Assembly (NCBI RefSeq): GCF_009834535.1
Contig: NC_045697.1
Coordinates: 26,228,001 to 26,292,000 of the forward strand
Direction of reading: 5' to 3'
DNA length: 64,000 bases
Origin: Camelus ferus
Lineage: Eukaryota
Below the pieces are notes generated by a model. That model saw only the letters and a program-made list of their open reading frames with translations, was not told where the DNA came from and searched no databases. Shown in pieces: positions 52,965 through 64,000 of this stretch. Every line of letters starts with the position of its first letter. Position 1 is the stretch's first letter. The position numbers and the translations under genes are program-made.

Positions 52965-52978
52965 TTATATATATACAC
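52894..52978. repeat. Compound (CA)n(TA)n microsatellite
   Basis: Direct observation. Confidence 0.97.
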
Positions 52979-53992
52979 AATTTTGGAGTTGACTGATTCA
53001 CATCATGCCTTCACCAGGATCTGAGCCAACATGAAGAATGAAAATTGGCTTTTGAAAAAAAAAAAAAAAACATGGCTGACTTACTGCATGGATCATTTTC
53101 TTCAATAGATACTTTGAATCTACTACGTTCCCAGCACTATGTAAGAACTGGAAGAAAAAAAGACTTTTCTGATCCCATTCTGAGTGGGGATTTTAATATA
53201 CATTTCCTACTCTATAGAATATAGGAGTAAATACAGAGAAGAATCTTCACAGATAAGGTGATAGGTGCATCTGTGCAGCAGCCTGTGTGCATGCAAATGG
53301 AGAACAGTTCTTGGTCACCCAAATGCCTTGAACTTGCTCTACACCCTCTTGTTAAGATGGAGGATACCTATCATATAATAGTTGCTTAAGATTTGTTACT
53401 TGAATGAATGAACAAATATACAATTCTAATATAAAATAAGGATCTTGCTTATAAAAAGCTAGACACCAAACAGGAAGGCCTCTTTACTGGAGAGAAAGCA
53501 GAGCACTGGGCAACTGGAAACAATGGCTTAGCAGTTAGATCTCTGAGGGAGATTGCAACAGGCTGGTCAATGCTTTGACAGTCTGGAGCAAACAGAAAAA
53601 GATAACAGGAGGAAGGGACAGCAATGCAGCAAGAGGCAGCTCTGATTATACATGACATCTCAATGTCCCCACTTGGACCCAGAAATTCCACGAGGAAAAA
53701 CTGTTATACCTAGGACCCCCAACCAGAATAGCTCAAAGGATCTTTTTTCAGTTTATTTACCTTAGGATCACTGAGGATTATCAGGCATATTTGGAAAGAG
53801 GAATACCCAGAAATGGAGGGTTCTTCTTTTAGTGAAATAGAAATTTAGAATATAGGATTGTATTCAACAATTGGCAGAGTTTGGGACATCCCAATTATGC
53901 TACAATCTGTAATACACAGATAAACAATTTTGGACTCAACCATTTATGCATGGATTTTCTCCCTTTCTTGTATGACATAATGTAAGATACAC

Positions 53993-54020
53993 AGAGAGAG
54001 AGAGAGAGAGAGAAAGAGAG
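53993..54020. repeat. (GA)n microsatellite
   Basis: Direct observation. Confidence 0.95.
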
Positions 54021-56309
54021 TTTACATTTTTTACTCTTACAATAAATTGTAAACTCTTGATAGTAGGGAGTATACCTTATTCATCTTTCCACCCAAATTA
54101 CTCATAGTAATCCTGACTCACAATAGGATTAAGTACTTTTTAGGTAAATAAAACAGTGAAGCAATGAGTTCTATATCTGCAATGGTGAAAAAATAAATGA
54201 TTTTAATTAACGCATTTGTGTGGGAAAAAAACACTGATCTGGTTATTGAATGGTCTTTAATAAAGTACTAGTTTCATTGTTTATGTGTTTGTTCACCAAT
54301 CATGTGAAATTTGACATTCCATTTAACTTCCAGATCATCTTCAAAAGCTCCATGCATAGTAAAGAATGTAAATTGGCATAGATATTTCCTACAATCTCTT
54401 ACACCACAAACATTTCATGTTTACATTTTTAAACCAAATATACTTATATTAAGAAATGATGTGTGTGCCTTTATGTTTAGACGTATTATAAAGATATAGA
54501 GTAGAGAAAAAAGCTCAAAAGAACATTGAAATGTCATTAGTCTGATCAAAGACCAAATTCTCTGTTAGTGCTATCTCTCCTTTTATGAAGTTTCTCCTTT
54601 TGCCCTTCTCCAAATGTTGTTGGATGCTAGAGATCTGTATTTTCAAGGTGGTAGGTAAGAATCTTGAGTCCATAACTGAGTCTCTTGTGTGGTCCAGTAA
54701 CTGGTCACTTATTGATAAAGCCTGTCATCCCTCATTTAGTCTCTGAGACTTCTATGTTCTGATTAGAAACCTACTGTTGCTCAATGGTTTATGTTATCAC
54801 TTCTTAGTGTACCAGCAGGTGCATGAGAATTTAGGAGTTCCTGTGTTACACCATGTACAGATTGTAGGAAATCTGGGCTACTCTCTCAGCCACTTTGAAT
54901 ATAATAGAGGGAACCACGTGGAATGTGGCAATATGCTGACCACATAAGCTTTCCAAAGGTTTACCAACTTTCCCATTATATGGAAAAGAAGGAAAGAGCA
55001 CATTAAAACCTCTCTCACCCCAAAACACACATGCATTAGTTTGCTTCATTCAACCTATTTCGATATGTTTACCACCAGGAGAGGAGGTGACTAGGGACAC
55101 CCACATCTGACCTCTTGTTCTTCTGCCCTATTTTTTCCTCTTCAAGAGTAGAAGAGCTTTCAATTTCCATTTATGTTTCATAGGAACTTTTACAATCTTC
55201 TCCTTATCCACATTTATGGTTAAGGTGAATATAGAAACTAGCCTCAAAACTGTGACACTTTTTGAAAATAAAAGGGAGAAGGACAAACACTAACTAAACT
55301 TGACCAAAAACCTAGAAAACTGAACAAGAGGCAGAAATCAAGACTGTCCTTGTCGTAACTTCACTTACAGTGAGATTCTATGACTTAAGTCAACCTGGTT
55401 TGAATTGATGTATTTAAGGGAAAATTAGAATTTTGAAGAATTCTTTTTTAATAAGTATGACTTTCATAAGTATCGTTTCCCTAGAGACACAACAAGGTCA
55501 GCTTTCAGACTCTAAATTAATAATAACCTTGTTCTGGGCAGGAGCCAACATTTACCTGAAGCAGTCAATGTATTTGATGAATGGGGGGTAGGGTGGGAGG
55601 AGGTGATGATTATGAGACTAACATGTCAGTAAGAGAAAAAAAAAATCATTTGATATTTTAAAAACATCTTCCTTTTAAATATAGTAAATGACTAGAGCAA
55701 AATGTAAAATTAAAAAAAAAAGGACTGATAAGTTGACCTGTAGTATATTTTTATTTTTTCATCTTATGTACAATTTATGTTACATGTTTATCATAATTAG
55801 TCTGACACTCTAAGAAACTAGAATGATTCTTTTAAATGCACACATATAAGTTAGTTGTTCTATAATTAAAGACACTAACTTAACATTAGTGGTGGCGTCC
55901 AAAACCATTTTATTCACATAAAACAGAAGGTTCTGTTATTTCAATTTTAAAGAAAGTAGATAATCAAATTATCAATTGCCCATTGTGTTATATTATGAAT
56001 TCATGTTATTGAAAAATGCATTATCAAGAGGTTTTAAACTTTTCTAATAATGACAGAACAATCTGGAATGTAGGATCAGGAGGAACACAATCCTCTTTCA
56101 ATTGCACATGAGAGAAAGCCTCTACAATTTTCAACAGAAAGAAAAGCAATAGCTCATTTGAACAACATGACTTATAGCTGCCTATGGTAGGTGATTTACC
56201 AGAATAAATGGCAAGGCACTTTTATTTTCATTATATAGTTTTGTCACTGGTAAAGTTATATCATTAATTTTCAGATGAATGCAGATCGTTTAAGAATATA
56301 AACTGGTTG

Positions 56310-57238
56310 AATTGTTTCTTCTCTTTCTGTGAAAAAAAAAAATGCCACTGGGATTTTGATAAGGATTGCATTGTATCTGTACGTGCCTTTGGGTACTATG
56401 GACATTTTAACAATATTAAGTCTTCTAATCCATGGACATGGACATCTTTCCATTTGTTTGTGTCTTGTTTAATTTCTTTCATCACTGTTTTCAGCTTTCA
56501 GTATACAAGCTTTTCACCTCCTTAATTAAATTTATTCCTAGGTATTTTTTTCTTTTTGTTTTATACTGTTGGTAGGAATTGAAAATGGTGCAGCCACTAT
56601 GGAAAATAGTATGGAGGTTCCTTGAAACTTAAAAATAGAACAATATATGATCCAGAAAATCCATTTGTGGATGTTTATGTAAAAGAACTGAAATCAGGAT
56701 CTTGAAAGGATATGGGTACGCTTATGCTCACTGCAGCATCATTCTATTAGTCAAGATGTGGAAACATCCTAAATTTCCATTGACAGACGAAGGGATAAAG
56801 AAAATGTGGTATGTGCGTACAATGGAATACTATGAAGGAAATACATATTTTAAAAGTGTGGAATAAGGAAAAAGAAAGAAATCCTGCAATATGTAATAAC
56901 ACAGATGAATTGTGAGAACTTTATTTTATATGAAGTAAGCCAGCCGCAGAAAAACAGATACTGCATGATTCCACTGAGGCATATCAAAAGTCAAATTTAT
57001 AGAACCAAAGAGTAGGATGTTGGCCCCGCAGGGATGAGAGGAGGGAAGAACGGGGAGTTATTAATCAATAGGCATAGAGTTGCAGTCAAGCAAGATAAAC
57101 AAACTCTATAGATTTGTTGCACAACACTGTACCCATAATCAACAATAATGTATTGTACACTTAAAATTTTGTCATGAGAGTGGATCTTCTGTTAATTATT
57201 CTTAGCATAATAAAAGAAAAAAGAAAATGAAAAAAAAA
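56310..57238. mobile_element. 5'-inverted L1MA-type insertion (antisense 56310-56565, sense 56566-57238)
   Basis: ORF 56271-56453(-) [17 protein letters not shown] is L1 ORF2; sense part aaaatggtgcagccactatggaaaa..aataatgtattgtacacttaaaatttt plus A-tail. Confidence 0.9.
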
Positions 57239-58667
57239 GTATGTAAAGTGAATGAAAATAAGTAGACTCTAAATTCTAAAGTGATTCCAAAACATGCTTT
57301 AGAATTAGAATGTGACAAAAGCAGACAGAAATGGGCAAAATAATAACTAGATGGAGCTTTGATGATTATCAATATCTAGGTTATTAAGCATTTTTTAAAA
57401 AAGCAATTGGAGTTGGGGAGGATTGAAAAAACATGAATGGCAAAAAGCCAAAAGGTACAATTAAAAGCAGTTCAAAGCGCAAGGCAGAATTATTTACTTT
57501 TTTTTACAGCAAAGTAAAAAAAAGTGAATTAGACTTTGAAAAGGTCAAAACAATTGTAAATTAAAGAAAAAAGCAAATGCTAAAGGAAGAGAAAGTCAAG
57601 AGAGCAATCATCTGGAAGCTACCTTGACAAGGCGAAAGATACAAACAACACCCAGCTTCCATTTGAACAGCACTTGGGTAGAATGTTTAAATCACGAACA
57701 TGTATAGTTACTGGCTTAAATGTGCTAAGATAAACCAGGGAAACAGGAAGGGCTGGGAAGGGGCATAAGGGAGGGGGAGAGTTAAATTAAAAATTCCATA
57801 GGTTCAAGTTAAAGGAAGTTTTGGCAAAAGAAAATCCAAAATTGAATTCTTAATTACCAGCTTCCTCTACCAAATTCAGAAGATAGAAAATATCATTAGC
57901 CTTAAAAGAGGGACATAAAAATCACACACATCCAAAAATTCACCATGCTACTTAGTACCAAAACAAGTTAATAAAAATCTCCAGCAGAACAAACTCTTAT
58001 ATTCCATGCAAATATTTAACCACATTTCCAAAGAAAATTTAAATCATAAAACCAACCACACTCACTAGTAAGAAGTAAAAAAAAGAAACGTCTAATTCTA
58101 AGTATATAGCATATATTAGTATAAAATAGTATATTTCCAATTTGAATGAAGGTAGGTTCCCCAAGACAGTTCCAACACTTCTGGTGACAAATTTTCAGAC
58201 TTGATAAACTATTAGCCCTTCTGCAAAACTGTGAAATGTATAGGGCTTAACTATTTTCTTTATAATCAGCAAGTAAAGTTGGAACAAAACTTTTGCCTAC
58301 TTCTTTAGGCACTTCAGTGCTATCAGAAGATGATGAAGGATAGAAAATGGAAAATAGAAATAGAAATCAAATTTCCCATGAAATAAAAACACTGGCAAAA
58401 TGGAGACTTAATTTGAATTGCATATGTCAATGATGCTTTTTAAAATAAGTGATTTGTGTTTGTAACAGCTCTGTATGGCTGTGAAGACAGATTGTCAATA
58501 GTAGAATAGGAAATTAAGCAACAGAATAGAGATGGTTCCCAAGAACATTAAAAATAAGATATATCATGCATTAAATTAACTCCTGCACATAAAGAATGGA
58601 TGCACATGAAGCTAGAAACCAAACACTGCTACTTGACAAGGTCACTGAATAGATCTACGCAGAGAGT

Positions 58668-58745
58668 ACTCTGCACAACTCCAGAGGGCACCATTTGAAC
58701 AAGCTACAATGTAAATGGCACCTTCTACAGTTGTGCTGTGCAAAA
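58668..58745. mobile_element. MER91 palindromic hAT MITE
   Basis: tgcacaactccagagggcaccattt..aaatggcaccttctacagttgtgc forms an imperfect palindrome matching MER91. Confidence 0.8.
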
Positions 58746-58849
58746 ACTTACCAAGTAAAACAAGCAGAAATTATCTGAGGAATCATATATCCCAGGACTT
58801 TAACCTGGTACTACAAACTATCACAGCACTTAATTTTACTTCAGAATTA

Positions 58850-59440
58850 TAATGGCTAAGCCAAATGAGCTAGATTTAAGATAACCCAACCCCCAACGTA
58901 CCTCCTGACCATTTTAACAAGAGGCCTTGACCAGGGCCTCAACTGTGTTCAGAATGAAGTTTCCTCACATCACTTCACTCCATTCTACAAAACTTGCTGC
59001 AGTGGCCTAACCTCAGCTTCTAATGAGGCTGATGAGATGGCCTCTCTGCTCTTCAACCATGCTACCATGCTGCCTCCACCTGGTGTCTAGGATAGAAAAT
59101 CAGTATATGGGCATTTTCTCATCTCCAACTTCCACAGCCCAGTTGAAACTAGAATTGACTTTCATAAGGCTAAACAGGAATAAATAATGAAAAGAGACTA
59201 TCATAAGTTCCTGAAAACCTAAAAACTACTGCAGAGGCCAGACCTGTCCTGGGGTCTCCTGCTGGACCAGTTCTTTGGTTTATGTCAACTCTGTGTATTT
59301 TATGGAAGATCATACCATCCTTTTCTTGACATCTGGAACCATTTAGAATCTAGAAGATTTCCTCTCTGTTCTCCTTTACCTGTTTCTACCCAGACCCAGA
59401 GAGCAAATTTCTCCCCACCTGTCAAAAAAGCCAGTCAACT
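58850..59440 (+). mobile_element. MER110-like ERV1 LTR
   Basis: aaatgagctag..cccaacccccaacgtacctcctgaccattttaacaagaggc..agggcct matches recalled MER110 5' part. Confidence 0.55.
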
Positions 59441-60199
59441 CAGGATCTTATTTGTCTAGAAGAAGTGACAGTGGAAACATGAAATCTCTTAGGGAAGAAA
59501 GTCTATAAAGTTCAGGAGTCTATAAAGACCTAAAAGCTTAAATATCCTACTTACATAACCATGAGGTTTGGGGAGAAATATTATGTAGGCACAGTGAGTA
59601 GTAAATAGTAGAGAATTCAATTTGATCTTTAGGAACTGTCATCTGTATGACAAAAATCACAGATGAGTTTTCTATGCTTTAAATTCAATTATCTTGGAGG
59701 GATTCATTTTTTCCCTCTGTAATGACAAATCATGAAGCTCCTGCCAAGTTAAATTCCAAAATGACATCTTCAACATTTAGCATGGTACTTGGCATTCATT
59801 AAATGTTTATTAAATGAATGCATGTGAAGTAATTCTTTAAAAATTATGAATGTTAATGACTAGACCATTGCTCTCTATCTAACTGAAGGATCATAATATG
59901 GGGCATGGGAAGTATGTTGAATTTCTCTCATGATGATAATCTCAAATATGACCTTCTTCAAAGACTTAAGGAAACTTTTAAGACTTTTTAGTTTGTTCTA
60001 AACTCTGACAACTCCCTTATACCTACTCTGAGTGTCTATACTACTATACACTTTGGATGAAGATGATAGTTGGATATAAGCAAAGAGAAACTTTTATGGC
60101 TCCTTTGTTACGATATAGTAAAATCTGCCTCCACTTTCAAGGCGTAATTTTTTGGTTCTTCTGAGTTGGGTTAGTACTTTTTCCATCAGTCCTAAAAAT

Positions 60200-60385
60200 A
60201 ATCACATTACTCGTTTATTATTTATGCCTACCTGTCTACCACCCTAAATTCTGAGCTCCTTAAGGTTAAATGCTTGTCTTCTTTGCTTTTGTAGCATCCG
60301 GCATAGAGTTAGCATGTAGAAGACATTTAATTGATATTTGCAGAAAGTAAGAATAAATGGAAGAATGAATGAATCAATGAATAAA
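60200..60385 (+). mobile_element. L2 3' end
   Basis: ctaaattctgagctccttaagg..tgtagcatcc..gaatgaatgaat. Confidence 0.75.
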
Positions 60386-62639
60386 ATCTTAATGAGACCA
60401 AAAAGACAATAAATAAAAAATGAGATATGTACTCAAGTTTTTAGCAAGAGTTTAAGGAACAAAATTCTTTAGCAATTGAACTTTTCTAAACTTTGGCTCT
60501 TTCACTCCTCAGCACCACCGACCTATTTAAAGTGATTTTAAATTATGATCTGACATTAGTTTCACCTTTCATCCCTTGAGGAAACTTTCCGTGTAGTAAT
60601 AATGGTCTTCAAGTAGATGGACTGAATTGATAGCTTTTACAAGAAAAAGCACATAGTTTTTTGTTTTTTTTTTTCCTCCTATAGCAAGCTTCAAGGACTT
60701 GGCAGAACTAATACAAAAAGGAAAAAAATTAATGAGTTTCAGCTTCTGCTTTTGTTTGTGAAATCCATATTTTATATTACAGTGGTTGCCAGGAGAGCTC
60801 TGAAGGGCTGAGAAGCATTAAAAAATAATACATATAACCTTCACAAGAACCCTTCTGCAATAATCCTTTCTTCCACACAAAGATATTATTAACTGTATCA
60901 TTAATCTGAAACTGCAAAGATTGTAATAAGAAAGATAACTGTCAACATTTCAATTTCAGAACTAATGTTTCATTTTCCTAGATTTAATCACATAGTTTTA
61001 GGACCACACAGTGCATGATAAGTAAGAATGGGGTTGGCTGGATAATTGTTCCTTGGAATATAACTTAGAGACCATATTTTGACATAAATGTCCCCAAGAG
61101 TTATGCAACATACCAGGCCCTTAAAGCTATAAAATTCCTGAATGTTAATCTTTATCAGTTAGGTAACATGACTTTTTTTATGAATGAGATAAATTACTCA
61201 ACATTGAGTATAAAAATTCTGGAGTGGTTTAAGAGAATACATGAGGAAATCTGTAAAGCACAAATAACTTTATATAAAATTGATGTGGAAGAGGCTGGTG
61301 ATCTCATCTGTCAAGCAGGAACTTCAGACGCACAGTCATACTGGGAATGCCCACACGACAGGTTTAGGTGTCTCATCAATCTTCTCACTGTGTTTTCTTG
61401 GTAACAATGTCCTGCTACTGCCTTTACCACCCGAATGATGGCCCCAGCTGCTACTGATATGTAGCATCCATCAAGTGTATATTTTTGAATCCATCAGATG
61501 TATGTTCTCTTAGATTCTTCAAAGATAAGCTGGGTCCAGTATAAATGTGGAGAATATCCTCTCCTCAACCTCTTTTAAATTTACTTTAAGTCACACAGAC
61601 ATAAAAGTAGTTCTATTTGTGACCCACAGCTGGATTGTTATTTAGTGGAAGGGGTTCCTGCATGTTCTCCCTAAAGACTTTTCTCCTTTGGGGCTCAATT
61701 AGAAGATGTTAACACATCAGGGTTCTAAGCTCTGAAACAAACACTGTGTACTACTAAGCATTTCTTCTTTCTTCCAATACTTTCTTCTTTCTTTCAACCT
61801 GTAATTTCACCCTTTACTTTCTCCCACACTTTATGGTCATTCAGCTGGGGCTACACTTAGGCGATCTTTCCAATGCCCACAGTAAGGTATGAGTTTCACT
61901 TTCACTATTTACAGACTGACCTGGTGAATATGAGACAGTCTGTCGGACAGGAAACAAATATTTCAGCTTGGGAAAGAGAGTGTAGGACATCTATAGTAGC
62001 ATTATAATATTCATTTCTTCATAACTTGGTCTAAAAATAAAATTTTGTGTTTTTCAGACAAAAGCCTTCTGACTGAATGTACATAAATCTATATCAAGCA
62101 ACCTGAGAAATGAAAGTTTTCTTTTTAATTAATGTGTCAAGTGCTCATTCTTTCATATATTTAAGATTTTTTCCCTAATTTTATAAACAAACTAGAGAAG
62201 CACTTGTCAAAAGAAAAAAATAAATAAATCTGTCATTTGGAAAGAAAGCTTAGGTAAAGTGCTTGAGTGGTTCCCAGTAGAGGGATACGTCATGTTGACC
62301 CGCTAGTGGGATGAACTGGACAGAAGATTTTCCTAAAGGGTCCTGAGTATCCTACTCTAAGTTCTACCCTGCATTAATATTGTGGCCATTTTTGATCAAA
62401 CAATCATTCTGAGACTCAGTTGCTTCATTTGTACAATGAGGATATTAACCCAGCACTATCTGAAATGCACAATTATTGGAAATCGCCAAGGTCATCATAG
62501 ATTAACATGAAGTGTTCTGTGAATCTGAGGTTTTGCTTCTCAGTTTCCTGAGTGATAAAGGACATTTTAATAGATGCTTATGATGGCATATGCTTAACTC
62601 ACTTCTTATGCCAATTGTGCTCCCCCCCCAATTATATTC

Positions 62640-62870
62640 AGTAGTATGTAGTACCTCAGACATGGTCTCTGGAATCAGGTAGTTTTTGTTAAAGTAAAAG
62701 CTCTTAAAAACTATGTAACTTTGGGCAATTTTCTTACTGTACCTGTTTTTCAGTTTCTTTTTATATAAAATGATGTATTAGTAAAGCAATTCTAGGCTCA
62801 TTGAGAGGCTTATGCAAGATCATACATATAAAGTGCCTGGAATAGTGCCCAGGACACACTAAGTGGCTGA
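62640..62870 (+). mobile_element. MIR
   Basis: tctggaatcagg..ctatgtaactttgggcaatttt..cagtttc..taaaatg..taaagtgcctggaatagtgcc. Confidence 0.8.
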
Positions 62871-64000
62871 GAGATCTTCGCTGTTAATACCAGGCCACTG
62901 TGTTTTCATTCTGTGATCTGGCCCAGGACAAGAGTTTACCAGCAGAGATACGAACAGAGGAGTAATTCGAACCATTCAAATCTCCATTTTTCTCTCTCTC
63001 ACTCCTCCCTCCATTGCACATGCATGTCTGTGTGTCTGTGTTCAAGAATTTAATCTGAGAGGTAGGACAGGTGAAGAGTTGGGAGCTGACACATGTCAAC
63101 ACAGTTCTGGTTGGAAGTTCCAAAAGTTCTGCTATTGAGGTCTCTGAAGCACCTCCCACAAAGAGTAAGATGGCTTAGATTTTTCTTTGGCTTCAGAGGG
63201 ATTCTCCCAGTATGATTAGAATAGTTTCTGTTTGGGGGATTGTTTCTAAGCTAGCTCAGTGAAATTGCTCTCATTTGGAACTAAAAGGAACAATTCATAT
63301 ATACTACATGTGCTATTTAACTGTTTCAATAATTACTGTGTACAGTTCAGGGTACAACATACAGTTACATGGCAGTACTTTTTCCTAAGCTGTTAATTTG
63401 TTCAATTTGGAATAGATACTCCTAAATAGTCTAAGTTAGAATTATAGTCTGCTAAACAAACAATGAAAACCTTCCAGAAAACCAAGCAGAATAATGTTGG
63501 TGAAATATAAGAAAGAAAAAATTAAAAAACAAGATCATACCTTTTAAAATTCATTATGAAGGCAATTAAATTAAAAAATAGCAAATCTCTTAAAATAAAA
63601 GACTCAAAACACCAAAATGGATTTAAAATTTGTTAAAATTTGCACTTGACATTGTATGTTTTGCATGGAAATTTAGTTTTTAAAATTTTTTTTCAGAAAA
63701 AAGGTCTACTTTGATTCAGATAATTTTGTTATAATTTATTGATAATTTATTTTTTATTGAGGCATAATTGTTTTAGTGTTATCCTGATCCTTGTCTATGT
63801 ATGTGATTTTTTAACTATACATTTTCTGGAATACACCCATGAGAAGGGAGATATTGCACTGTGACTGATTTAAGTAGCCATTAGCCAATATTTAAAATAT
63901 GTTACAATGGGTTGATACTTTAAAATTACCTAATTCATCACTATAATTTCATACACAGATTTTCATTTTCACAAAACAGAATTTTATCAAATTAAAACGC

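Noticed and set aside
52669..53024. ORFs with HT/YI repeats
   Set aside because: They are translations of a (CA)n(TA)n microsatellite.
61168..61470. 78-aa ORF and an opposite-strand open frame in unique DNA
   Set aside because: No recognisable homology or convincing splice context.
1..64000. Novel gene system, operon, CRISPR array or defence locus
   Set aside because: Mammalian repeat-rich DNA with no long ORFs, no regularly spaced repeat-spacer array and no recognisable non-TE protein homology.

Overview
AT-rich, CpG-poor mammalian genomic DNA (intergenic or deep intronic), most likely from a camelid (camel/alpaca/llama). The evidence is a tRNA-derived Vic-1-type SINE at ~19.1-19.3 kb plus artiodactyl-type L1 3' ends. 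I recognise no protein-coding gene, RNA gene, CRISPR array or prokaryotic system. The supplied ORFs are short and either overlap decayed repeats or look like chance ORFs. By eye, roughly half the window is transposable-element debris: L1 of several ages, L2, MIR, ERVL/MaLR/ERV1 LTRs, and hAT and Tigger DNA transposons, often nested. Family names come from my recall of consensus sequences, not a RepeatMasker run, and boundaries are approximate. I found no convincing novel biological system. The best leads are: (i) a ~1.2 kb 3'UTR-like segment ending in an A-tract directly behind an L1 tail (candidate 3' transduction or retrocopy); (ii) an L1 keeping both termini but lacking most of its interior; (iii) a MER41-like LTR with a STAT-like motif; (iv) a complete MLT1A provirus and an inverted L1 patch inside an L1MC; (v) two twin-primed L1 insertions.
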